From Candidatus Iainarchaeum sp. (GTDB taxonomy: Archaea; Iainarchaeota; Iainarchaeia; Iainarchaeales; JAZDEL01): DNA of 32,000 nucleotides. The notes beneath the pieces were generated by a model, which made no database searches, was not told the DNA's origin, and worked only from the letters and a program-made list of their open reading frames with translations. The stretch covers positions 30,001 to 62,000 of the forward strand of contig JAZDEL010000002.1 in NCBI GenBank assembly GCA_043808785.1, in the 5' to 3' direction. The translations under genes and the position numbers were made by a program. Shown piece by piece: positions 1 to 7,408 of this stretch; position 1 is the first letter of the stretch; each line of letters begins with the position of its first letter.

Positions 1-437
1 AGGAGGCGCACCAGTTCGCGCCCGAAAAAGTGCGGCACGAGGGGGCGATTTCAAAAAGCATAATCCGCACAATCGCGAGGGAGGGGAGAAAATTCGGCGC
101 CGCCCTTTGCTTGGTTTCCCAGAGGCCCGTGCATTTGGACACAACAGTTCTTAGCCAGTGCAACACCCACCTCATACTTCGCGTAACAAACCCTTACGAT
201 TTGGACCACATAGGGAAAAGTTCCGAGGGCATAGACAGGGCAAGCCAGGATATGATTACCTCGCTGCGCGTGGGGGAAGCGTTGCTTGTAGGGGAAGCGG
301 TTAACAACCCGATATTCTTCCGCGTGCGCAAGCGCAGGTCCGCGCCCTCGAAGCACGAGGTTCCTTTGGAGGAAACGGCAAGGCTTTACGAGGAGAACAG
401 GGAGCAGGCGAAAGAAGAGGCGGAAGAATTTTTGTGA
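1..437 (+). CDS. HerA/DUF87-type ATPase (FtsK-HerA superfamily), C-terminal fragment; the 5' end lies outside the window
   Basis: The frame is open from base 3 (EAHQFAPEK...). The C-terminal core reads REGRKFGAALCLVSQRPVHLDTTVLSQCNTHLILRVTNP, followed by GEALLVGEAV, which is typical of the archaeal HerA/DUF87 C-terminus. Confidence 0.7.
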   Translation, partial: EAHQFAPEKVRHEGAISKSIIRTIAREGRKFGAALCLVSQRPVHLDTTVLSQCNTHLILRVTNPYDLDHIGKSSEGIDRASQDMITSLRVGEALLVGEAVNNPIFFRVRKRRSAPSKHEVPLEETARLYEENREQAKEEAEEFL

Positions 438-482
438 GTGCGATGGCGCGCAGGCGCACGGATTAGTCAGGCTAACGCAACT

Positions 483-698
483 TCAACAGAGGTTACCATC
501 TTCCGGCCCCTCCTGTTCCCGAACTCCAAACGCTCGGCAGGGGGTCAGGCATTCTATGTGCAGTTCTATGGCTTCCTTCAAGTTAGCTATGGCTTCCTCC
601 ACGGTATCGCCCTGCGAAGCGATATCCAAATTAGGAGACCAAGCGGAAAAAGAGCCGCCCTCAGGAATTATCACTGCCAAAAAATCAAACGTATTCAT
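483..698 (-). CDS. hicB: HicB-like / UPF0150 family antitoxin-like protein (71 aa)
   Basis: FLAVIIPEGGSFSAWSPNLDIASQGDTVEEAIANLKEAIELHIE matches the HicB N-terminal (RNase H-like fold) signature. It sits 12 nt downstream of the SemiSWEET gene. Confidence 0.65.
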   Translation of the reverse strand: MNTFDFLAVIIPEGGSFSAWSPNLDIASQGDTVEEAIANLKEAIELHIECLTPCRAFGVREQEGPEDGNLC

Positions 699-710
699 GT
701 AACCGCCGCC

Positions 711-986
711 CTAATTATATTTAACCTTCATCCAAACCAGCGCGGTAACTATTGTAATTGATGCCGTGTTCGTGGCAATCACCGGCATGTTTTCAATCAT
801 TATTCCGTAGGCGAGCCAGAGCACGCTTCCCGCGAGGATTATAAGCAGGGTCCAGAGTGAGAGGTCCTTTGCGCTTTTAGTTGTCCATGTCCTGAACAAC
901 TGCGGCAGCCATGCCGCGACAATCAACAGCCCCGCGAAAAACCCTACCACTTCCGCGAACCCCGCAACATCCGCAAGCACGTTCAA
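711..986 (-). CDS. SemiSWEET / PQ-loop (MtN3-like) 3-TM transporter subunit (91 aa)
   Basis: Three hydrophobic helices. The PQ motif (AAWLPQLFRTWTTKSAKDLS) lies after TM1. Length is typical of prokaryotic SemiSWEETs. Confidence 0.75.
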   Translation of the reverse strand: MNVLADVAGFAEVVGFFAGLLIVAAWLPQLFRTWTTKSAKDLSLWTLLIILAGSVLWLAYGIMIENMPVIATNTASITIVTALVWMKVKYN

Positions 987-993
987 CGCACCT

Positions 994-1890
994 TCAGCAT
1001 TTCTGCATTATGCAATCCTTATATTGGCTGATGTAAGCCTGATAAAGGTATCTGACAAAAGGCCTCTCCTTTTTCTTTGCGTCCACTTCCCGAAGGGTGA
1101 GGTAATACAGCATTTTTTCGGAATTGTAGATGTTTAGAAGGGGATAATTGTTCTTCATCAGTATGTAATTCATGAGCAGCCTCGAAACCCTCCCGTTTCC
1201 GTCCATGAACGGGTGTATGCGTGCAATGCGCAGGTGCACGAGCGCTGCAAGCTCGAAAGTGTGCAGCATGCCCTCCGCCTGCCCGAACCACGAGAACAGC
1301 CTTGCAAGTTCAGCAGGCACTTCCTCCGGCTTAGGGGGCAGGTAATTGCCGACTATATTCTGCCTTTCCCTTATTTTTCCCGCCTCGGGGTGCACGCCCT
1401 TCATTTCAAGAGCATGCAGCTTCAGCAGCAGTTCTTTGCCAAATTCACCCTTATAATCGAAAAGGAAGTCTATGCACGCCTTCATGTTCTTTACTTCCCT
1501 GATGCTGCGCTTCGCGTATTTTGTTTTCGGCTTTTTCCCGTCGATTATGTTCCCCGTGTCCTCATAACTTACAGGGCAGCCCTCAATCGCGTTCGTGTCA
1601 TAAATGAACCCTATAAGCCTTTCCTTCCCGCTTTTCCACATCCCCTTCCCTATTTTGTGCCTTTTCAGGTAGCCCTCCCTAAGCAGTTCTATTACTTTCA
1701 CCTGTTTCGGCGTCATCAGCCTTTTCACCGGCTGCGCAAGTTCGAGCCCCTTTTCCGCAGTTCCCAGGTTGGAGAGGTCCTTCCCCACGTATTTGCTTAT
1801 CTTTTTCCACTTGCCCTTCGAAACGCGGATATTCCTGGAAAGGTAGAAGTATTCCTTTCCCGCGACCTTCTTCCGTTCTATATATGCCAT
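994..1890 (-). CDS. fic: Fic/DOC family protein (probable AMPylase) with an N-terminal inhibitory-helix motif (class II Fic)
   Basis: Canonical Fic motif HPFMDGNGRVSR. A TNAIEG stretch upstream fits the (S/T)xxxE(G/N) auto-inhibition motif. I prefer the ATG at 1890 (MAYIERKK) because a TTTTAAA box lies about 27 nt upstream; the ORF track start at 1938 would place that box and the repeats inside the CDS. Confidence 0.85.
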   Translation of the reverse strand: MAYIERKKVAGKEYFYLSRNIRVSKGKWKKISKYVGKDLSNLGTAEKGLELAQPVKRLMTPKQVKVIELLREGYLKRHKIGKGMWKSGKERLIGFIYDTNAIEGCPVSYEDTGNIIDGKKPKTKYAKRSIREVKNMKACIDFLFDYKGEFGKELLLKLHALEMKGVHPEAGKIRERQNIVGNYLPPKPEEVPAELARLFSWFGQAEGMLHTFELAALVHLRIARIHPFMDGNGRVSRLLMNYILMKNNYPLLNIYNSEKMLYYLTLREVDAKKKERPFVRYLYQAYISQYKDCIMQKC

Positions 1891-1897
1891 GGTATAA

Positions 1898-2058
1898 TTA
1901 GGGCGCACAAAGTTTAAAAGCCTATTTAGGGCGCACAATTTTCATTTTTTGAAACGTGCGCCCTAAATCACATGCCTGCGTAGGGTTCCTTCTGGCGGCA
2001 AATTAGGGCGTTCGTGTTTCGCACAGGAAATCATTCTTCGGCGTTTCGCACCGGAAAT
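1898..2058. promoter_or_regulatory. Divergent promoter region carrying two operator-like repeat families
   Basis: TTAGGGCGCAC occurs at 1898-1908 and 1926-1936. Its exact reverse complement GTGCGCCCTAA is at 1956-1966, and a partial TTAGGGCG copy is at 2003-2010. GTTTCGCACNGGAAAT occurs at 2016-2031 and 2043-2058 (15/16 identical). TATA-like boxes: TTTTAAA on the minus strand between the first two repeats, and GATAAATA at about 2074-2083 for the plus-strand gene. Confidence 0.6.
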
Positions 2059-2106
2059 GCACTCTCCCCCGAAAACGGATAAATAGCCCCGAAACAATGT
2101 TCGTTC

Positions 2107-3609
2107 ATGCCCAATACTCCCGATACGCACTACCTTACAGGCGCGCATTACCTCCCTGAACGGAAGGAGGTTGCCGCCGAGTTCCGCAGCCCCGCGGGCG
2201 GCAGGGTAATTGAGCGCTTCAAATTTTTCCCTTCTTTTTACTTGGGCACCGGCGGCATTGAACCCAGCCTTCTTGAAGAGGTTCTTTCCCTTTACGACGG
2301 CAGGCGCTTCATGTGCAGGGGCATTGCCCCCGGCAGGCTGCAGGTTACGGCTTCCGCCTATGCCGACCTGCGGAAAATCGCAAATTTGCTTTCCTCTTCC
2401 CTTATGCTTAACCTTTCCGTTCCGGAACCGGAAAGGCAGTTCCTGCTGCAAAATGGCTGGAGCTATTTCGACGCCTTTGAAAAGGCGCAGGAAAAGTTCA
2501 GGAAAATTCCTCCCCCCTCTCTCCCGGCAGTACAGCCCGATTTCCTTGCGCTGCCCCTGCAGGAGGCGCTGCGTGAACTCATGCTCTCCGATGCGCAGGG
2601 AGCGGAACTGCTGGCAAAGCGCATCGCGCTCTCAAACATCCTGTGTACTCGCCCCCAAAACCTTCCCAACGGAACCTCCGCAATGCTGGACCTTATGCTT
2701 GAAAACTTATTCTTTTCCTGCGCACTGCCCGCACCTACGGGCAGTGCGTTCCCCCGCAATCGCACTGAAAATTGCGCATGCGCGGAAAAGGAAAACCCCA
2801 TACCTCACGAGAACCGGCCTGCAGAGCCCTATTTTCACTGCGCTCTGCCTCTGCCTGATGCGGAATTCCTCCTCAATCTGGGGCAGGAGACAATGAATTG
2901 CGGATGCTGCAGGCCAGAAACACTTTCCGCGGAAAACATTTCCCCCACGGCGCTTGTGAATGTGCTGTTCAATTCCGACGGAATATTCTTCGAATCCGCA
3001 TACACGCGCTGGGCGGAGGAATTCCATAATTCAAACCCGGAAAGGGAGCGCAGGGAGCGCTGGAGAATGGAATGGTCTTTGCCGTCAATTCCCGCAGGCC
3101 CTTTCTTCAGGGGGCAGGCTGCAATGGTTCCGTTCGCCGACCTGCAAATGCTCACGGAGAAGGGCTGTGTTTCGGTGCTTCCCCACGGTCACGAACTTTC
3201 ATGGTTCTGCACGAAGCACGAATCCGCAATATCGCGGCAGATAAGGGAGTCGAACGAAAGGGTTTCCCTGCTCGGTGCAATGGTTGCTGAGCGCGAGAAA
3301 ACGCACCTCAAAAGCCACAAAATACTTTTCGCATCCGCGCTCGGGCAGGATGCCGAGCACCTTTATCTTTCTAACCTGAACTCATCCCTTTCAGAACTCA
3401 TAAGCCTCATGCCCGCACACCTTGCAAACCCGAATTCAAGGTTCTATTCGAGGCAATTGGCGGATGCAATCTCCTGCATACGGCAGGGCATGGTAAGGAA
3501 TGCAAGGGTTATCGGTTCGGAGCAAGCCCCCGTGCTTTCCCCCGCAGGAAAGGGCGCGGGAATAATGCTGCTCCTGACGAGGCAGTTCTCGCTTTCCGCG
3601 CGAGGTTAG
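2107..3609 (+). CDS. Hypothetical 500-aa protein; possible truncated, catalytically degenerate family B DNA polymerase homolog
   Basis: Long ORF with no competing frame. By-eye alignment to Thermococcus-type PolB gives these correspondences. FFPSFY (aa 40-45) matches [20 protein letters not shown] matches DIPFAKRYLIDKGL. FDAF (121-124) sits at the Exo I FDIE position. [22 protein letters not shown] matches [31 protein letters not shown] (251-258) sits at motif A (DxxSLYPS). CRPETL matches [15 protein letters not shown] (405-413) sits at motif B (KxxxNSxYG). VIGSEQA (468-474) sits at motif C (YSDTDG). No thumb domain is present. Confidence 0.35.
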   Translation: [500 protein letters not shown]

Positions 3610-3635
3610 GTGCCGAAATGTCGCATATCGCAGGG

Positions 3636-3674
3636 TTTTTAAATATAATTATATATAATTATTTTGGTATTTTT
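3636..3674 (+). promoter_or_regulatory. AT-rich TATA-like promoter block upstream of vapB
   Basis: TTTTTAAATATAATTATATATAATTATTTTGGTATTTTT lies immediately 5' of the ATG at 3675. It is the most AT-rich stretch in this part of the window. Confidence 0.45.
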
Positions 3675-3932
3675 ATGGACGTGCAGGTAGTAGTGAGGAA
3701 GTGGGGCAACTCGCTCGGCGTAACCCTGCCGAAGCAGGTTGTGGAAACCCAGGGTATCAGGGAAAACGAGCGGCTGTCCATAGAGGTTAACCGGAAGAGG
3801 CCTGTGCGCATAAAGGATTTTTTCGGGCTTGCGCGCGGCTGGAAGATTGACGCGCAGAAGATGAAAGATGCGGCAAGGAGGGCTGACCTTGAAAGGGACA
3901 GAAAACTTTCTGGACTCCTACGCGCTCATTGA
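3675..3932 (+). CDS. vapB: AbrB/MazE/SpoVT-family antitoxin (VapB-like)
   Basis: MDVQVVVRKWGNSLGVTLPKQVVETQGIRENERLSIEV is the swapped-hairpin AbrB/SpoVT signature (WGNSLGVxLPK). I prefer the internal ATG at 3675 over the track start at 3618, which would encode an AT-rich hydrophobic leader. Confidence 0.8.
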   Translation: MDVQVVVRKWGNSLGVTLPKQVVETQGIRENERLSIEVNRKRPVRIKDFFGLARGWKIDAQKMKDAARRADLERDRKLSGLLRAH

Positions 3933-4260
3933 GATACTGCGCGGCAACCCGCGTTATGCGGCGATTGCCGAGTATACTGCCGTTTCAACCGTGGCAAATT
4001 TGGTCGAGGTGGCATACTGCCTGCTTTACGAGTTCCCGAAAGAGAAGGTCTCCGAAATGGTAAATTCGCTCGGAATCAAGGTTCTTGATGTGCGTGCGGA
4101 CCATGTTATGCAGGTGGCTGAATTCAGGAAGGAGCACTCGAAAAAAGGGTTTTCATATATCGACTGCATCGGCTATGTTCTGGCGAAAGAGAGCCGCCTG
4201 CCGTTCGTGACAGGCGACAGGCAGTTCGAGGGCATGCCGAATGTGGAATTCATAAAATGA
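3868..4260 (+). CDS. vapC: PIN-domain ribonuclease toxin (VapC-like)
   Basis: FLDSYALIEIL supplies the first acidic residue, the VEVAY region the second, and VTGDRQF the C-terminal one. It overlaps the vapB 3' end. The start could be the ATG at 3868 or the in-frame TTG at 3889. Confidence 0.8.
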   Translation: MRQGGLTLKGTENFLDSYALIEILRGNPRYAAIAEYTAVSTVANLVEVAYCLLYEFPKEKVSEMVNSLGIKVLDVRADHVMQVAEFRKEHSKKGFSYIDCIGYVLAKESRLPFVTGDRQFEGMPNVEFIK

Positions 4261-4384
4261 ATGCCCCGCAGGCACGGCGTAACCAAAACCAGCCGTTTTT
4301 CGAACTTTCCCCCAAACCGCGGGGCAATCCTTTATAATCCTTTCCAGAGCAGAGAATAGTATAATCCCCCCATTAGGTGCATTT

Positions 4385-4600
4385 ATGGACAAGCTCACAC
4401 GCTTCGAGAAAACCCGCCTTATAAGCGCCCGCGCGCTCCAGCTTTCTCTGGGCGCGCCCTTGCTTGTTGATGCGGGAAAGGAAGGCAAGGACCTTTCCAT
4501 GAACGAGCTTGCAAAACTCGAGCTTGAGAAAAAGGTAATTCCGCTTGCCGTATTGCGCGAATTCCCGGACGGAAGAATAGTGCGCGTAGAGGTGGCATGA
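4385..4600 (+). CDS. rpoK: DNA-directed RNA polymerase subunit Rpo6 (RpoK/omega-like)
   Basis: TRFEKTRLISARALQLSLGAP is the conserved Rpo6/RPB6 core. Its stop overlaps the next gene's start (ATGA). Confidence 0.9.
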   Translation: MDKLTRFEKTRLISARALQLSLGAPLLVDAGKEGKDLSMNELAKLELEKKVIPLAVLREFPDGRIVRVEVA

Positions 4601-4794
4601 TGGGCAAGGCAGTGCCCCGCGGAATAAAGACAAAGGCGGAACAGCTTGTTTCAAGGTTCCCTGAGCAGTTCTCCGAGGACTACGAAAAAAACAAGGCATT
4701 CATCGATTCCCTCGCTTTGGGTTTCCTGAAATCCACGCGCAACCTGATTGCCGGTTATGCCGTGAACGTTGTAAAGAAAAAGAAGAAGCGCTAG
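4597..4794 (+). CDS. rps17e: 30S ribosomal protein eS17 (S17e)
   Basis: The IKTKAEQLVSRFPEQFSEDYEKNK...TRNLIAGYAV pattern matches archaeal S17e. The C-terminal tail is poly-Lys. Confidence 0.85.
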   Translation: MMGKAVPRGIKTKAEQLVSRFPEQFSEDYEKNKAFIDSLALGFLKSTRNLIAGYAVNVVKKKKKR

Positions 4795-4876
4795 GGCAAT
4801 GGGTAAGCACTAATTTTTCCCGCAGAGTTTTTTACCTCAGCTTGCGCTTTCAGCGGCAACCGCACTTTGCTTTGCC

Positions 4877-6928
4877 TCAGCCAACTGCTTCAACAACAAC
4901 CGCAGTGGCGCCGTCCCCTGCCTTGTCCCTCTCGAGCCTGTAGAGGTTTGAGGAAGCCGCGTTCTCCATCTCCCTGTCGTGCGTTATTATGAAAACCTGC
5001 TCCACCATCTGCGGCATGTGCCCCTTCATCATTTCCCCGAGCATCTTCACCGCGTTCACGTCAAGGTTATGTGTCGGCTCGTCAAGAATCATCCACGAAA
5101 GGTTCCTCGCAAGTATGAGTGAAACGGCAACCCTTATTGTGAGCGCCACTGCACTCCTTTCCCCTCCGCTGAGAATTCCCTCAGCCCTTATCCATTTCCC
5201 CGAGCGTTCCCTTACGACTATTTCATAACTATCCCCCGAAACCTCGAGTTTTGCCCCTGTGTAATCGCCATAAGGGTAAACCCTTGCCCAGACATCATCC
5301 ATTGCGGAATTCACGGCATCAATTAGCACAGCCCTCAGTTCCGCCTGCGCAGCCATGAGCGCGTTCGTGAACACGGCGAGCTTCGAAGCCGAGCCCCTGA
5401 TAATTGCTGCCTCCTCCTCCATTTCCCCGAGACGCCTTATCATTCCCTCAACTCTTTCCATGCCTCTTTTGGTTTCCTCTATAAGTTCCGCCCTCTGCTT
5501 CAGTTCCTGCCCCATCGCCCTTATTGCGGAGGAAGCCTGCGTAACCTCACGCTTTGCCTTTTCGAATTCCCGTTCATCGAAAGCAAGCGCCTTTATCTTT
5601 GCCGCGGTTTCCTTTTCATCAGCACGCACCTTTGCAAGTTCCTTTTTCTGCGCATCGAGTTTGCCAAGTTGCTCCAACGCAGACTCAAGCCTTGCGTGCC
5701 TTTCCCAGAGTGCATGCAGTTCTTTTTCCGCCTCTTCCCTCCCCCTCTCGTTATTTGCATCCTTTGCTCTTGATGCTTTCAGTTCAGCCTCAAGCGCACC
5801 CTTCTCCTTCCCAAGCGCCCTCAGTGCATCCGCGTTCTCACGGAGCAGTTCCTCCTTCGCCCCTTCCTCAAGCGCGCTCCTGCAAACAGGGCATTTTGCC
5901 TTAACCTCCCTCAGCCTTTCAGTCGCTTCCTTCAGTTCCTTAACCTTGCCCTCGTTCGCCCAGATTTTCCCCGAAAGCGTGCGCACTTCCTCGTTGCATT
6001 TCTTTCTTTCCGCCTCCAGTTCTTTTACCCCTGCCTCAAGCGCCTTTGCCTGCGCCCTGTTTTCCTTAACCTCTTTCTCAAGCGCATCCCCGCTTTCGTG
6101 CTTCGAAGTGGCGTGCACCATTTTTTCAAGCGCCTCTGCCCTGCCCCCTGAAGCGATTAATTCCGCATTCAGCGCGCGGAATTCCCTTTCCGCCTTTTCC
6201 ATTTTTTTAAGTGCAACTTCCTTCCCCCGCAATTCCGCCTCCAGCGCCCTGTGCCTTGCCTCGGCATCCTTCCTTTCCCTCTCCCTCTCCTCAAGCCTTT
6301 TTTTCAGCCCCTTGTAATCAGCGCCCTCGATCTCCCGCTTCTGCGCGTTAAGCCACCTGTCCCTTTCCTCCGCCGCTTTCTTAAGCCTGTTCCCCACAAG
6401 CACCGAATTCGCCCTCGCCTTCTCATACCTGTCAAGCTGGAGCAGTTCGTCCATCTTCTCCTTCCTCTGTGCGGGCGTAAGCCTCAGGAAATAATCCATA
6501 TTGTTCTGCTCGGAATAAATCGCCCTGCTGAAAAGCTCGAAATCAACCTCCAGCACTTCCTCTATGCGCTTTGTGACATCAGTCATCTTCGGGCCTGCAA
6601 TAAGGCGTGCGCCCTCATATGCCTTTCCGTGGTTCTGCCCGCGCCTGTTTATCGTGCGCTCGACCTTGTATTCTTTCCCCGCATAATCGAACTCAAGCAC
6701 AACCCTTGCATGCTCCTGCTCGGCAGGCTTGTTCATTATCACCTCATCCAAAGAAACTTTCCTGTTGTTCAGCGCTGGAAACGTGCCGTAGAGCGCAAAG
6801 CAGACAGCATCCATAACAGCGCTCTTCCCGCTGCCCATCACGCCGACAATTACGTTAGTGCCCCTGCCGAATTCGAACTCGGAGCGGGAATGGCTTTTCC
6901 AGTTTTCGAGTACCAGATGCCTGATCAT
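4877..6928 (-). CDS. rad50: Rad50-type SMC-like ATPase (short, 683 aa) with a zinc hook
   Basis: Walker A GVMGSGKS, Q-loop YSEQNN, central CPVCRSAL hook inside an E/K/A-rich coiled coil, signature LSGGERSAVAL, Walker B MILDEPTHNLD, H-loop IITHD. Confidence 0.9.
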   Translation of the reverse strand: MIRHLVLENWKSHSRSEFEFGRGTNVIVGVMGSGKSAVMDAVCFALYGTFPALNNRKVSLDEVIMNKPAEQEHARVVLEFDYAGKEYKVERTINRRGQNHGKAYEGARLIAGPKMTDVTKRIEEVLEVDFELFSRAIYSEQNNMDYFLRLTPAQRKEKMDELLQLDRYEKARANSVLVGNRLKKAAEERDRWLNAQKREIEGADYKGLKKRLEERERERKDAEARHRALEAELRGKEVALKKMEKAEREFRALNAELIASGGRAEALEKMVHATSKHESGDALEKEVKENRAQAKALEAGVKELEAERKKCNEEVRTLSGKIWANEGKVKELKEATERLREVKAKCPVCRSALEEGAKEELLRENADALRALGKEKGALEAELKASRAKDANNERGREEAEKELHALWERHARLESALEQLGKLDAQKKELAKVRADEKETAAKIKALAFDEREFEKAKREVTQASSAIRAMGQELKQRAELIEETKRGMERVEGMIRRLGEMEEEAAIIRGSASKLAVFTNALMAAQAELRAVLIDAVNSAMDDVWARVYPYGDYTGAKLEVSGDSYEIVVRERSGKWIRAEGILSGGERSAVALTIRVAVSLILARNLSWMILDEPTHNLDVNAVKMLGEMMKGHMPQMVEQVFIITHDREMENAASSNLYRLERDKAGDGATAVVVEAVG

Positions 6929-6997
6929 GCTTAGCCCGATAAATTATGGCTTGAAACAGTTAAAACAGTATTGGGTTAGTGGACTTTCCGCTTGGCA

Positions 6998-7264
6998 TCA
7001 GAGCAGAGTCATCTCCACAAGTTCCGCCTCTTCAGCGCCCCTGACTTTGCCGAGTTCCTTTGTCAGCGCCTCTATTGCCGCGTCATCCTTCTCGGGCACT
7101 GTGAAACCCGCCTTGACAAGCTCGACCCCGAAGCCGATGGGCTCCTTCTTCGCGTCCTGGAATTTGCCGTTTTTCACATTTTTGAGTTCGGCAATAATAT
7201 CATCCGCGCCCCCGATTTCCCCGGGCTTAATCCTGTAAATAACAAGGGTTTTTCCCATATCCAA
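6998..7264 (-). CDS. ef1b: Translation elongation factor aEF-1beta
   Basis: 88 aa. The pattern VIYRIKPGE...EPIGFGVELVKAGFTVPEKDD...VEMTLL is typical of aEF-1beta. The conserved Zn-ribbon partner gene lies upstream. Confidence 0.85.
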   Translation of the reverse strand: MDMGKTLVIYRIKPGEIGGADDIIAELKNVKNGKFQDAKKEPIGFGVELVKAGFTVPEKDDAAIEALTKELGKVRGAEEAELVEMTLL

Positions 7265-7320
7265 AACCGCCTAAAAACAACCCGAAAAACCAAAACCAAA
7301 AACAACCAAAAAAACAAACC

Positions 7321-7345
7321 CCGCGCGTTATTCGCGCGGTTTTTT
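7321..7345 (-). terminator. GC hairpin flanked by A- and T-tracts (intrinsic-terminator-like, symmetric)
   Basis: CCGCGCG (7321-7327), TTATT loop, CGCGCGG (7333-7339), followed by TTTTTT on the plus strand. On the minus strand the hairpin is followed by GGTTTGTTTTTTT. It lies between the Zn-ribbon gene and ef1b. Confidence 0.35.
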
Positions 7346-7408
7346 GTTTAGTGGCGCTGCCCGCAACCACGAACCGCGTGCGCGTGTTTTTTTGTTTGTG
7401 CTTCCCCC

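Noticed and set aside
438-1000. Search for a HicA toxin partner of the HicB-like gene
   Set aside because: The only other ORFs here (438..761 plus strand, and small antisense frames) overlap hicB or the SemiSWEET gene and do not resemble the dsRBD-like HicA sequence. HicB is therefore reported as orphan.
1898-2058. Possibility that the short exact repeats (here and at 26578-26677) are a degenerate CRISPR array
   Set aside because: There are only 2-4 copies of 11-16 nt, with irregular spacing, mixed orientation and promoter or coding context. No repeat of 24-40 nt with unique spacers occurs anywhere in the window.
2210-3290. Alternative-frame and antisense ORFs inside the 2107..3609 gene (2210..2896 plus strand, 2463..3155 minus strand, and others)
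   Set aside because: All are shorter than the 500-aa frame and nested within it. They are Cys/Arg/Pro/Ser-rich without motifs. The long frame shows ordered, polymerase-like landmarks.
5355-6934. Long plus-strand ORFs (5355..6317, 320 aa; 6251..6934, 227 aa; 5554..5904) inside rad50
   Set aside because: They are antisense shadows of the E/K/A-rich coiled-coil codons. Their products are Ser/Phe/Ala/Leu/Pro low-complexity strings with no motifs, whereas the minus frame carries every Rad50 motif.
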